DNA of 64,000 nucleotides from Bispira polyomma. Its lineage: Eukaryota. Positions 42,995 through 55,699 of this stretch are shown piece by piece; position 1 is the first letter of the stretch, and the number at the start of each line of letters is the position of its first letter. The DNA lies in assembly GCA_965649765.1 (NCBI GenBank), contig OZ287758.1, forward strand, positions 21,266,001-21,330,000. The letters are read 5' to 3'. The notes under the pieces are model-generated. The model ran no database searches. It had not been told where the DNA came from and saw only the letters and a list, made by a program, of their open reading frames with translations. A program made the translations under genes and the position numbers.

Positions 42995-45430
42995 TTTTAT
43001 CAGTCAAGTAGTTGTTCTCATCAGAGGCTGTTAAATAGTGAATCCAATATCTTGAAACTGAATTAAAATGATTTTAAGTGAAAATTATTGCCAATAGAGG
43101 CCCACAATGTAATCATTCAGAATTTAAAGTTCTTGTCACTTTATAATGACCACAAGTATTAATCTTATTGATACAGATGGAATAGGAGTGGAAATATGGT
43201 TTCAACAATACTAATAAAAATATTTTCCTTTTAGTACAAGGAAATACTTTTCAAAAGTATATATAAGTTTACGTTTCAGAGTCAAACAGTAGGAATTTCG
43301 TGTGGCCTACTGTAGAACTATATTTTAGTGCCATTGAGTATAATACTCTGACTAGGTGTATGAATTTTTGAATCAGCCCAGTGTTAGTGGGTGATGTTAA
43401 CCAGGTAACATGGATCACTTACATGGTGTTTTATAAAACAATAGTGTGATATGACATACTTTGCATCAATGTACATTATACATAACATTGTGACGTCACA
43501 AAGCATAATGAAGCATATCTGCCTTTCGGTGAGGTGCACAATATTTGAAATACGTACACCTCAGTTAGGGGTGTGGCAAGCTGCATGAATATATTGATAC
43601 CAGCAGGGTTTGTGGTAGGGTAGGCCCAGATAAAATATAATTCCTGGCGTCTACGCCTAGTGGTAGAATCAGGGTTGATGTCCTCTCGTAGCCATTACAT
43701 CACACTAAAAGCAATGTTTTTCACAGAATGATGGTCCTGTATAAAGTGTTTAATAGGGGGAGACCTCTCCCCTGGCTTCCCTTGCTAGAGTCATCAGTTG
43801 GCATTTTAAGTTTGTTAGACATATCATCTCATAGAGAGTGTGTCACTGCTCAGATTGGTTGCTGGTATGGGTGTACCAGTGGTGTTGAATGCAGTAGTGT
43901 ATTCCACATGTAGGTGGTTAAAGCAGTACTCTAGGCAGTATTATTCACATTCATGGTGACCCGGTGTAAAATAGAATAAAGTTGCTTTATGTAATATATG
44001 GGGTACAATGCCTTATAAAAATATTTTTGTGTTAATTTATATTTCGATCAGTCTAGTGGTTGTTCTCGTCAGAGGCTGTAAAATGATTCTAATAATTCCA
44101 TAAGGTATTAAAAGTGGCTCCGATTGGATCCGGCTGATCCAGGAGTAGGTCCGCCAGATCAGTAGGAGCAATAGTGAATCCAATCTGTTGAAAATAGATT
44201 AAAATGATTTTAAATGAAAATCATCACCAATATAGGCCCATAATGTTCTCATACAGATTTTAAAGTGGTTGTTCAATTCATAATGACCACAAGTATTAAT
44301 CTAATGGATATAAATGGAACAGACATGGAAATATGGTTTCCACAATAATAATGAAAATGTTTTTCTTTTAGTATTTAATAAAAAACTTTTCAAAAATATA
44401 ATTAAGTTTAGGTTTCAGAGTCAAAGAGTAGGCATTTTAGAGTGTCCTATGGTAAAACCAGATGTAGATGGAACAGGCGTGGAAATATGGTTTCCACAAT
44501 GCTAATAAAAATATTTTTCATTTAGTATAAGGAAATACTTTTCAAAAATATAATAAGTTTAACTTTCAGAGTCAAAGAGTAGGCATTTTAGTGTGGCCTA
44601 CAGTACAACCAGATATAGATGGAACAGGCGTGGAAATATGGTTTCCACAATACTAATAAAAATATTTCCTTTTTAGTATAAGGAAATACTTTTCAAAAAT
44701 ATAATTAGGTTTAGGTTTCAGAGTCAAAGAGTAGGCATTTTACTGTAACCTACTGTAGCGCTATATTTTAGTCCTATTAAGTATATTAATCTGACTAATT
44801 GTATATATTTTTGAATCAGCCCAATGGTAGTGGGTAATGGTAACCAGGTAACATGGATCAGCTACCTGGTGTTTTTGGTAAAAAGATAGTGTTGTAATAT
44901 TGTTGTGTTGAAATAAGTTAATAAGTACACTTCGGTTAGGAGGTGGCATACACACACAGAAATATATTGATAACCGCAGGGTTTGTGGTAGGAAAGGCCT
45001 AGATGAAATATAATTCCTGGCGTCTATGCCTGGTGGTGAAATCTTGGTTGGTGTCCGGTCCTTGCCATTGCATAACACTAATAGCCATGTTTTTTACAGA
45101 ATGTTGGTCCTGTGTAAAGTGTCCACTAGAGGGAGACTCCTTCTCTTGGTGCCCTAGCTGGAGTTATCACTTGACCTTCTAAGTTTGTTAGACACATCTT
45201 CTAATATGGAGAGTGTGTCACTGCTCAGATTGGTTGCTGGTATGGTATACCAGTGGCAAGGATGTTGAATGCAGTAGTGGATTCCAAATCTCAGTGGTTA
45301 AAGCAGTACTCAAGGCAGTATCACTCACATTCATGGTGACTCGGTGTGAATAGAATAAAGTTGCTTGATGTAAATGAGCAGGATACAATCACCAACAATG
45401 CCTTGTATAAATATTTTTGTGTTAATTTAT
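42995..45430. repeat. Diverged ~1-kb tandem duplication containing a 3x ~152-bp internal tandem
   Basis: ~43000-44040 is colinear with ~44050-45430; the unit atggaacag..ggaaatatggtttccacaat..tttcagagtcaaagagtaggcatttta repeats at 44314, 44468 and 44619. Confidence 0.8.
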
Positions 45431-45729
45431 AGGGTGGCAAAAATGAGTTCAGGTTGGAAAGAGGGAGGGTGGCACAGAGGAGAGTGGCATATAGTAATAG
45501 GAGTGGCGAAAGAGAGGGTGGCAAAAGGGAAAGTGGCAAAAAGTAAGGAGTAACTTACTACATTGATGTTACTGTAACTGTTATGGTTGCTAAGGTATGA
45601 ATAATTTTAATAAAGACAAAAGTTTTTCTAATATGAACTTGCAGCAAAAATTTTCACAAGAGATATAAATATCTCGCCTAGATTAGCCTTGCCTGCCCTA
45701 TTAGAACTCACCTGCATTTAGACTTTTCA

Positions 45730-47055
45730 CACCTTCCACGAGATTGAACCCCTGCCATCACTGGTTGTTCCTGTATTCTACCTCTACCCCGCGGAAGTAG
45801 CCATTCTCGAAAAAAGTAAAGAAATTAAAACAGCTTCTATTGATCATGTGGGATATGAACCAACATAACTATACTTTGCAGTCCTGTATCTTACGACTGC
45901 ACCACTGGGCTAGATGGAATACCTTGGTATAGTTTTGTACAAGTTGTGTTATCAAATAAAGTAATTAACGTGTTAATTATTTGGCGAAATTACCCTTTTT
46001 AAATAGAGTTAAGCAAATATTTGGATAAACAATGCATGACAAGTTGTAAAAATTGTATTTTTGGATGGTTTTATTTGGGCAGATTTTACATATTGCCTCA
46101 AAAAGCTTAAATGCATATTTCTTTACACTGAAGTGAAACAAAGAAACTCCTTTTCATTGACTAAGATATTAATGTATCTATAAACTACAGATTAGGCAAA
46201 TCTCTGAAAATAATAGCAGATTAATAGTATTGTAAGATCTTTTTAAATTTAATTATATTCGTGAAACAATTGTTATTGAAATAAAAGAGATACTTATAAT
46301 GTTTAAATATTTTTTAAACAAAAACAATCTTTTACAGGATTTAGACCCACTTTATAAGATGATTAGCAAAAACATAGTGTACACTTATATCACTAGTATT
46401 AGTTATGTGCACATTTTATTGCACAGAAGACTGGTAATCAATTGACTATTGATGTTTCAATTGAACATTGATTATTAAAAAAAATCACTAAACACAACCC
46501 TACCTTAAACACGCTGTTGAAAGCATCAGACTTCCTGGTCTAGTGGTAACGGTAACAGTTTGAAACAGATATCAGCATATTCTTTCTCGGATGTTTTTTC
46601 TCCATTCAAACAACATCTTTTCCAAATACATCTTCACTTGCGACCCCGTTACATTCTCACGGAGAGATAACTTTTAGCAAAAGAGCAACAAGAGTCATCT
46701 TTTGAAAAAAATATCTTGGTCAATGAAAAGAAGTTCCTTTGTTTTACTTCAGTGTAAAGTTTTTAATTACTCTATTTTATAACACAACTTGTACGAAACT
46801 GTTGCGAGGTATTTCATGTAGCTCAGTGGTACAGTAGTATGATACATAACTCTAAAGTGTATGAACGTGGGTTCAAATCCAACATGAACAGTAAAATTGG
46901 AAACTTTTTTGATTTCTTTACTTCATTCAAAAATGGCTACTTCCACACTCAAATATACAAAAAAAGATATCAAACATTGTGTCCTCTCGTGGGGTAGAGG
47001 TAGAACGCACGGAGAACCAGTGGGACAACCAAACTGGATTGGCAGGGGTTCAATC
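45730..47055. repeat. Large fold-back (inverted repeat) with tRNA-like arms
   Basis: 45730-45968 pairs with rc 46762-47055 and 46121-46170 pairs with rc 46710-46759. The right arm has tagctcagtggt (A box) and gggttcaaatcc (B box). Confidence 0.8.
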
Positions 47056-47760
47056 CCCGTGAGAAAGAGTGAACCAATGAGACTGCAGGGGTTTAATCCT
47101 TGTGGAGCTCTAGAAGGGACAACCAGTGAGGATTGAGGGTTAAATCCCAGAGGGCTAAGTAATAGAGATGAGGGCTAGGTGAGAATGGGGGGAGCACTAG
47201 GTTAACAAGGTCAGAGAAGAGGGAGTTCTGAGGATAGGAGTTCCTTAGGCGAGAGACCTCTCAGAATGGAGTACAGTCTGAGGGCAGCGCTAGGTATAAC
47301 AAAGGGGAGAGGGCAAGGTTAAACAGGTCTGTGAAAGGGAGAAGAAGACAACTGTGAGAATGGGGGACAGCTACCTCAAACAGCGGTCACATGGGGAAAG
47401 GCTACCAGGGACAACCAATGAGCCCGGAACAGAGCAAACTCCATAAACGCTGGAGGGTTTCAATCTCTTGTAGGCCCAGAAGGGACAACCAGTTAAGTCG
47501 GAGGGTTAAATCCCCAAAGAGGCCTAGAAGGGACTAGCCAGAGGTTTCAATCCCCCCGGATGCATAGAAGGGACAACCAATGAGGCCGGACGGTTAAATA
47601 CCTGGTAAGGCCGGCTGTGGATTCTTAGAATGGACAACTACTGAGGGCACAGGGGTTCAATCCCTATGGAGCCCTAAAAAGAACAAGCAGTGAAGCCGGA
47701 AGTTTCAATACCTCGGATGCAAAGAATGCACAACCAATCAGACCGGAAGGTTAAATACCA
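47020..47760 (+). repeat. Degenerate ~45-bp tandem array, consensus agaagggacaaccaatgaggccggaggg(t/g)tt(c/a)aatccc
   Basis: About 10 units in two blocks (~47020-47150 and ~47405-47760), each ending in a GGTTCAATCC-like motif. Confidence 0.75.
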
Positions 47761-47829
47761 AAAAAAAAAATTTATGTTAAAAAAACCTTTAGTCTTCATC
47801 ACAAATTATTCAGACCTTAGCAACCATAC

Positions 47830-50110
47830 CACAGTTACATAAATGTAGTACTTTTTCCCCACAATTTATAATTCGGTCTGAAATCTTGGAAGGTTTGAAA
47901 GTATGATTCTGTTATGGTCTTTAAAGGTAGTAGAAAGGTTGAATTCCATACATGGTTTTCTAAAAAGGGAAATGGGCTGATCAATGTATTGATACTGCTT
48001 AGTGGCTTTGATTGACTTCTGGTCATTTCTAAATATATTTCTCAGGATTTTACTTTTTCTAGTGATTTCAAGCACTGATTTATTTCGATGTATCAAATGA
48101 GAAAGAATTTTTCTTTCAGTCAAATTAGAAACCTTTAACTCTCCATGATAATGGAATGACAGTTTTTAAGGTATGGTACTGCACAAAGTTTAGATTCCAA
48201 ATAAATATAATGTTGATAGAATCCATATCTAAATGTTTTGTAAAATAAAATAAAGAACATACAACATACTAAACAGATGTGAAATTTGAGGAATCACATT
48301 GAAAACTGTCGTTGTGACCAAATCTGCAAAGTTTTTTTTGCATTTTTTTTTAGTTTTCCTTCTAATTGTCGGCTGTTTTATTCAGAAAGACTGTCTGAAA
48401 ACCAAATCTCACATGTTTTAAATGGTCGGGTATTATATTTTAAGCCTCAACATGTAAGGTATTTTTATGTCTTTGTTATGATTTGTCCCAAAAGGAATGA
48501 CTTCAGTTTTTTCTAAATTTAATTTTAACCCAGATACTACAGAAAAAAGTGTTAAAAATGTAAATAGCTTCACTGATAGATTGAATATCTGATAAAAATA
48601 AAGTGGTAACATCTGCCAATTGGGTTATTTTAATTCGACATCATTTTTTATGTATGCCACGAATAGTTTCAGTTCTTCTCACTTTATTAGCTAAAATTTC
48701 TGCTAATAATATTAAAAGAAGGGCTAGTATAGGGCAACCCTGTCTTATTGAACTTGTTATGTTGAAATAATCACCCAATGTTTCCAACACGTGTTTTAAT
48801 ATTTGTGTATAAGGTTTTGATTCAGGTAATAAAGTCATTATCATAGTTTGAAGCATTCAAAAAAGAATGACCACTCAACACTAGCGAAGGCCTTTTCAAA
48901 ATCAATAAGAGTAATGAAGCCACATCTATTATCCTGTTCTGTCATTACTAAGATACCATCAATGGTTCGAATGGCTTCTAGTACATATCGTTCTTGTATG
49001 TAACCAACTTGATCCGTGTTAACTAGTTTACCTATTACTTTTTGTAATGTATCCGCTAGAACTTTTGTTAAAATCTTATATTCTGTATTGAGTAAACTAA
49101 CTGGTCTCCAATTTTTTAAGTGTCTCACATCTTTGTCCTTTTTTGGTATTAAGTGATATACAGCTATGCATTGCTCTTGTGACAGTTCGCTGTTAGTAAA
49201 CAAATAGTTGTAGCTGTCAATTGATGGATCCTTAATGTTTTGCCAAAGTAATTTGTAAAAGTTTGTTGTAAAACCATCACTACCGGGTGATTTATCATTT
49301 GCTATACAACGAAGAGCATTTGCATAATCTTTATACTCTAGTTGAGCTTCACAAAATAGCTTCTGTTAGTTTAGGAATATTATGACTATTTAAAAATTCA
49401 AATTTTGTTTAATTGGTTTATTAAAGTTGTTTTGTTTAGATGTGTGGAGATTTTCATAAAATTTCTTTTGTTCTTCAATTATTTCATCTGAATCTATACC
49501 TTTACTATTATTACCACGAATGAGTTTTTTAATATACTTTGTATTACGGTTTCTTTTTTTTTGATTAAGGAAAAATTACCTGTTCTTTTCCCCATATTCA
49601 ACATATTTCACCTTTGAGCTTAAAATGGACCATTCAACCTTACTTTTTGAAAATTTTCCCATTCTTGTTTTGCTATTAGCTATTGGTCAAATTTGCTGGT
49701 GTTCATAGCTAACGAATTCTCTAATTCAGATGCAACTAATGCCAGTTCTTTTTTCCTCTTTTTTCTTTCTCTGGCTTTTTTCAAAGAGTAAGTTATTGTT
49801 TCACTCCTTATGTTGCACTTCACAAAATCCTAAAGTTGTGATTAATTTGGCATAATTACGGTTGATTTTATAGACCTTAAACTGTCCTTTACAAGTCTGA
49901 TATAATTTGGATCTGTCAATAGATTATTATTGAAATTCCAGTACTCCCACCCTATTTTTATGTTTTTTAATAATTCAGGTTTTATAGAAATTATACTATA
50001 ATCAGAACTGTTGCCTATTATTTGATAGTCTAATGACATTGAAACTAGCCCAAAATCAATTCTGTTATATTGAGTTAAATCTGGATTTCTTGTTCTCCAC
50101 CACAAAAGTC
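47830..50110 (-). mobile_element. Decayed L1/Tx1-clade LINE ORF2 (endonuclease C-terminus plus reverse transcriptase)
   Basis: Fragments RIDFGLVS..SDYSII..YWNFNNNLL (APE), PKKDKD..LKNWRPVSLLNTEYKILTKVLA..DQVGY..IDFEKAF..VEW and IRQGCPI (RT); stops and frameshifts. Confidence 0.92.
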
Positions 50111-51687
50111 TATTTCTTTAATGCAAGATAACAATCATACCAGCACACAAGTTCTCAAATAAATAAACACACATTCACAGAACATATAACAAAACACAAA
50201 CTCACGGAACATGAAGTTTCAAACAGTACACCAACTATTAAACTAAATACTTAAGTCATAGATGACGCACAAGTAGTACTGAACAGCTATATAAATGGTG
50301 ACAGACAGGACAAGATTATGACGACAGACAGTATATCAGACAGTATATCAGACAAACACACGGATGACAACGAAACTATGAGTTTAAACCAAGTAAGAAC
50401 AAATTCAAGTTTACTGGCCCTGACAGGGATGCAGTAATGCTTGACAACTACAATAAATTAATAAAAGTCACAGAAATTAGACAGGCTTACCAAATTACAA
50501 AAAGGTGAGAATTCCAATTAAGAACGACCTTAACATACCTAATTGGAGGAAATATTTAACAAATTACACCAATACAACACTAGTAGAATATTTGCAATAC
50601 GGTTTCTCTGTATCACTATATGACAGAAATAGGGTTAATGCCCAGTCAGTGAATAATCACCATTCTGCCTGAATTTACCCAGATGAGATAAATAGCTAAA
50701 TAGACAAAGGAGACAGAGGTTAAAAGGGGAGCCATCCTTGGTCTTATAAATAGTAACATACATAATGAGTGTCACTTCTCCCTCTTACTGATGCGTCCGA
50801 AAGACAATAATAAACGCAGCTTAATACTGAACCTTTCACACCTGGCAGGTCACTCAGTAAACAACGGTACTATTGAAAACAGTTATGACGGTACACTTTT
50901 TAAATTGATCCTACCAACAATTGACCAATTTACAACACACTTATAGACACTAGGCAGCAAGGAAATGTTAGCAAAGGTCAATATTGCAGACGGATTTCAA
51001 AATTTAAAAATCGACCCCTACGACTGCCTTAAGTTAGGTTACCAATGGGAGAAAAATTATTACTTAGATTTAAGCGTTACATTCGGATTAACTCGGAGAA
51101 TGGCCATTTTTATGAAGGCCTCTGACGCAGTAACTTATATAATGAAAGAACAGGGTTATAAAGTATGGAATTATATAGACAATTTCATTATTTGCGAAAC
51201 AGAAGACAAGGCCACTTCAGCCTATGAATTTCTACAAAAAGTGTTACACGATCTAGGCCTGCCAATTAATGAAAAGGAACTCATCCCCTAGGAAGTGTGT
51301 AGCTTGCATGGGCATTACAGTAGATTTTCATCACGAAACGCTTGGAATAGACGATGACAAATTAGTTTCCATTTATGGAACAAATAGGAATTCAAAAATT
51401 TGAAGCAGAGTACTGAACACCAATATCAATTCCTCCTATGAAAACTGCTTTATGTAAACAGGTGCATTAAACCTGCACGAGTATTCATTGCTACAAGAAT
51501 CCAGAAGTAATACCATAATTAAACTCACAAAAGAATATCTTAAACATATCTCATAAGGTGATTAATAATTACTTTTTGGCTATTAGGTTCAATTGCAAAA
51601 TACTTAATATACTAAACTCAGGTCTATATCACATCATCACACCATCTGACGTTTTTCTAGCCCCTCCAGTGATCCATCTATTCTAAA

Positions 51688-52173
51688 ATGAAAGCAAAAC
51701 AAACCAAACCAGAAATTCACCAAATTCATCCAACTTCGATAAAACCTAGCAATCTTTGGCTCTGCCCGGTCAGAGCTTTTTCTTGTTTTTGTAAAAAACA
51801 CCATTACCCCCCACAGGGACCTTTATTGGCTGACCCAGCACAAAAAGGAACATGCCTTTCCGATACAAAACTAAGAGACAACCTCAAGAAAATATTAACC
51901 ACTTCAAACATTCCAAAAGAAGGTCAATCCTTTCATTGCTCCAGAAGGTCAGGGGCTTCCCTGGCCTTCAAAAATAACATAAAATTACAACACATTCAAA
52001 AACATGTATGTTGGAAATCTGATGGTGTTTGGTGGTACTTAGAATCAAAATCCCACGCTTCTTCTATCATACACTCTACTTTTGCATCTAGTATACTTCC
52101 TCTCCTTAAGTTTGGCTTCGGCATTTGTTTTTATTTTTTAACATGGCTTAAAATTCTGTATAGATGTACATAA
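51688..52173 (+). pseudogene. Tyrosine recombinase C-terminal domain of the YR retrotransposon
   Basis: LCPVRAF ... SFHCSRRSGASLAF (HxxR) ... HVCWKSDGVWWY (degenerate GxWxSDAVxxY with catalytic Tyr). Confidence 0.85.
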
Positions 52174-52976
52174 AGGCAAAGTTTATGTGTAATAAAATAT
52201 CCCAAACAGCGTCAGAGTTTTTCCAACATCCAAGGTCAAAAAACCACAACTCATACACATAACCTAGTAAAATCATCACTAACTATAAATCTGACCTTTA
52301 TTCCTTAAAGGTCAAACTCTCCATGCTTGTGCAATAGACTGTAATATTCACTGCAGGTACGGCATGGCCCTTAATCGAGGGCACAATATCCCACCCTTAA
52401 CTTACAACAGACTATGTGAGGCATAATATCACATTTTCACTTTAATTTACTTATCAATAATTTGTGTACAAGCTTTACCTCATCAGGGGGAGCTCACACA
52501 ACCAATAGCAAATTGTTTACTACAGGGAGTTTCCCGCTTTTAGTATTGTGGAGTCAAAATTTCGCTAGAAACCAAAGAGCTCGCATCTAAAAAGTTAACA
52601 CACCTCTCCTCACCCTTTAATTTAAAGTGTATACATTATTCTAGGACTATACTCCAATATTTTCTTTACTGATGCACTAGGGTTGCATTACCACCCTATG
52701 CTAGGGTTGTATTTTCGCCCTAAAATTTTTTATATGTTGTTTTATCTGCCGTAGTGGCATTTGTTTTTAAATTTTAACAAGGCTAAAAATTCTGTATAGA
52801 TGTACATATAAGACAAAGTTTATGTCTAAAAAAATATCCCTAATAGCGTCAGAGTTTTTCCAACATCCAAGGTCCAAACCACCACTCATACACATGACCT
52901 ACTAAGATCATCACTAACTATAAATCTGACCTTTATGTCTTAAAGGTCAGACTCTCCGTGCTTGTGCAATAGACTG
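52120..52976 (+). repeat. Split direct repeats: B1 52120-52341, putative A2 52342-52755, B2 52756-52976
   Basis: ~220-bp near-identical direct repeats running ggcatttgttttt ... gcttgtgcaatagactg. Confidence 0.9.
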
Positions 52977-55154
52977 AAAGGGAATTTACTTGGAAGGGAA
53001 CTTTTGGTGATGGGAAAATTTTCTGTAGACTAAAGAGGTTTTATGTTTTAAAAAGTTTTATCAATTCTGTTTCTTCTGTTTCGCTTTTGCCTATGCCTTT
53101 TGCTATTACTGATAATACTTTTGATAAGATTGTTTTTGATTTGTCCAATTTTAATAATTTTATAGGTCCAGGTTTATGAAACCGCCACAGTTCCCTTTCT
53201 CAGCACCCCACTTCTCGTCACCGCCCTTATCGCCACCCCATTTCAAGCCACCATTTCAGGAGTCTGTTTCACCAAATCTATTTAAGTTAAAAGTTTTCTT
53301 ATATATAAGTTTTTCCTGCCTTCTACCCCTTGACCATCTTGTTCATCATCTAGCAGTCGAATAAAATAAATAATATTGCATAGCTCCTTCAGCTTATGCC
53401 CTGGTCCCACCTGATGTACGTTAGTTTATGGAAGTCTCGCAAGGGCCGTGTAAATAATTGCTGCAAAAGTTGATGCAAAACCTAAATATATTGCTTTTCT
53501 TCACATGAAAGGCATCAGCAGACGTCATAATTCACGGCAAAAACTGTAAAGTCCCACAGGGGATGCTTAAGTGCACGTCAAAGTACATATTTTATCCCTT
53601 GTATGGCATGTATAAGTACGCCAATACCTGTAAAAGGACTTAATTTTTTATATTGAAGTATGTTAAATTAGGTTAAACCACTTGATTCACACATTGTGAC
53701 GAATATAGCCGTTATACTACATCACCTCTCGCAAATATTAGTTTAAACCACGTATCAATCTGACGTGGTTTGCGTGTCCAAATTTCAAACAGTTTGAAAT
53801 TATTAATTTCTTACATGTCATATCTTCCGCCAGGTTATGCATGCTTATGTCTATCACGTCAGCTCCCGCAAAAGCTGCACAAATTAATTTTCTAACGACA
53901 GCAAACGTGACGGCCGGTGGGACCAGGACTTTACAGGAATAAAATCGATGTGGTACACTGCTTTTAAAATAAACATATTTTTAAATATTTGGTGTAAACA
54001 GTTGTTGCAAAAACATAATTTGTGATGTCCTGAAAGTCGGTCAATATATTTTTGTTCAGTATAGTAGAATTGCTCTCCATCTGTGGCACAGGGGTTAATA
54101 AGGAGCATTTCCCCAATTGTCATTTACTAATTAAAAGGAGAACTTGAAATTATAAACTCCTTCCTTTTATTAAACCTTTTTTCACATTAAAATACAACTG
54201 TTGCCTTGTCCTAATATGTTACAAGTAGCTGCAGTCACTATCAATATCAGCCTGATATATTTATTTATAAACAGAGAAATGTAATGTACTAACAATTTCC
54301 TATTGTGTTGAACTGAATGAAAATATAATAATACTTTGTTTGTGTTGATTACTTGTTGACAGACATAGGTTCTGGGAATAACAAATGCCCTCAACTCCTC
54401 TATATATTGTCTTATTATTGTTGTATCGTGTAGTCAATGGTCTGTAAAGCAGATTTAACTACACACATTATATCAAGACACAACTATCTCATATATATAG
54501 TGACAAAAGCTAATAATATTTACATCACTTTCTTAATGTAGAGCTTTGGTCACATATAAATATAGAAGCTATTTCCTAACTATTATGACAACAATGGAAT
54601 ATTCATGAAATAGTGTGCTTTATACAACAGATTACAATAATATCAAATTTGAAACAGTCACATTGAATTCAAAATGTATTCAAAAATGTGTGTTCAATAT
54701 ACGGCTGCAAACCACGTGCACATATCCAAAAAAATTAAACAGAATGGAAAGTAAAGGGAGATCTCTTTGTCATATTAAAAGCATATGTGAATTAAGTGAA
54801 CCATAATTCCCACAATGAACACTTTATTACGCCTTTCAAGAAATAGGACAAAATTGCACATTGGGAAATACTGCCCTAATTTGAACATATTGTGTACATA
54901 GTACTTAGTGGGGGTACTAAATATTATCAAATGACATGTACTTGGAAAACAAACACATTATGGATTACTTCTGTGGAAAATTCTAATTAAAAATATACTA
55001 AAAAGAAATGGATTTATTTAAAAAATGATTAATATGTGAAGCTGTATATCAGAATACATAGCCATATGTTGAATGTCATTACCTAGGCACATAAACATCT
55101 TTAATACAAGTTAACTTTACACAGTAATAACCTTAAACAAATGATTATAAGACA

Positions 55155-55226
55155 ATGATTAGAGAAACCACGTTCATCCAAGGTGAGACAAGCATAGTGA
55201 ATGAAGAAGCACAGGCCAAAGGAGAG
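55155..55226 (+). CDS. Putative first coding exon of the ninjurin-like gene (MIRETTFIQGETSIVNEEAQAKGE)
   Basis: acaATG, 24 codons, then GAG|gtagat phase-0 donor matching the phase-0 acceptor at 58843. The donor is only moderate, and an alternative phase-1 donor G|gtgaga lies at 55183. Confidence 0.35.
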
Positions 55227-55699
55227 GTAGATATTCTAATATTCTCATATAACATGGCGCCTATCAAAATGGATATGAAAAGGTTAGTTTTTTTGCTTGA
55301 TTTTAATAGGTTCATTGTTGATTTTATTACTCTTTTAGACAGAAACTAGGAAACACAAACGTTTGTGATTTCAAACACAGGACTTTAAACAGCATCACTG
55401 TACTATACAAACCTTGATTTTACTGCTTTCTAAATACCAAAATAAACTTCAGTAGCAGCTGTAAAGTGTTTGTTAACATTGTGACATAGCATTGTATGAC
55501 GAACAGGAAAGACACAAGGCTAAGGAATAGTTGAATCCAATAATACCACCTGCCCCTTGACACCCCTTCCCCCCGAAGAATGTCCAGTCTCCAATAATGT
55601 CACCCATCAACTGGGTCAAACCATGGATCGACAGAAGGAAGACCATTGGCTGTCAAACCACTTTAATGCAGGAGTAAAGGGAAGAGGGAGAGTTACTGT

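Larger units (their letters stand above)
50480..52976 (+). mobile_element. Decayed Ngaro/PAT-type tyrosine-recombinase retrotransposon, 5' truncated
   Basis: DIRS-type RT (LAKVNIADGFQNLKIDP..YYLDLSVTFG..YIDNFI, 50965-51291) and YR in the same orientation, followed by B1-A2-B2 split direct repeats. Confidence 0.88.
41986..53388. mobile_element. Possible ~11.4-kb composite DNA transposon bounded by degenerate long inverted repeats
   Basis: 41986-42009 ggaagctatacaataatattttat matches rc of 53366-53388. 42093-42160 (..aaatttggtgtcaccgacccatgaaat) matches rc of 53252-53317. GGTGGCAAA arrays lie inside the left end and GCCACC arrays inside the right end. Confidence 0.5.

Noticed and set aside
46818-46890. 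Functional tRNA gene
   Set aside because: A and B boxes are present, but I cannot form a convincing acceptor or anticodon stem, and it is one arm of a repeat.
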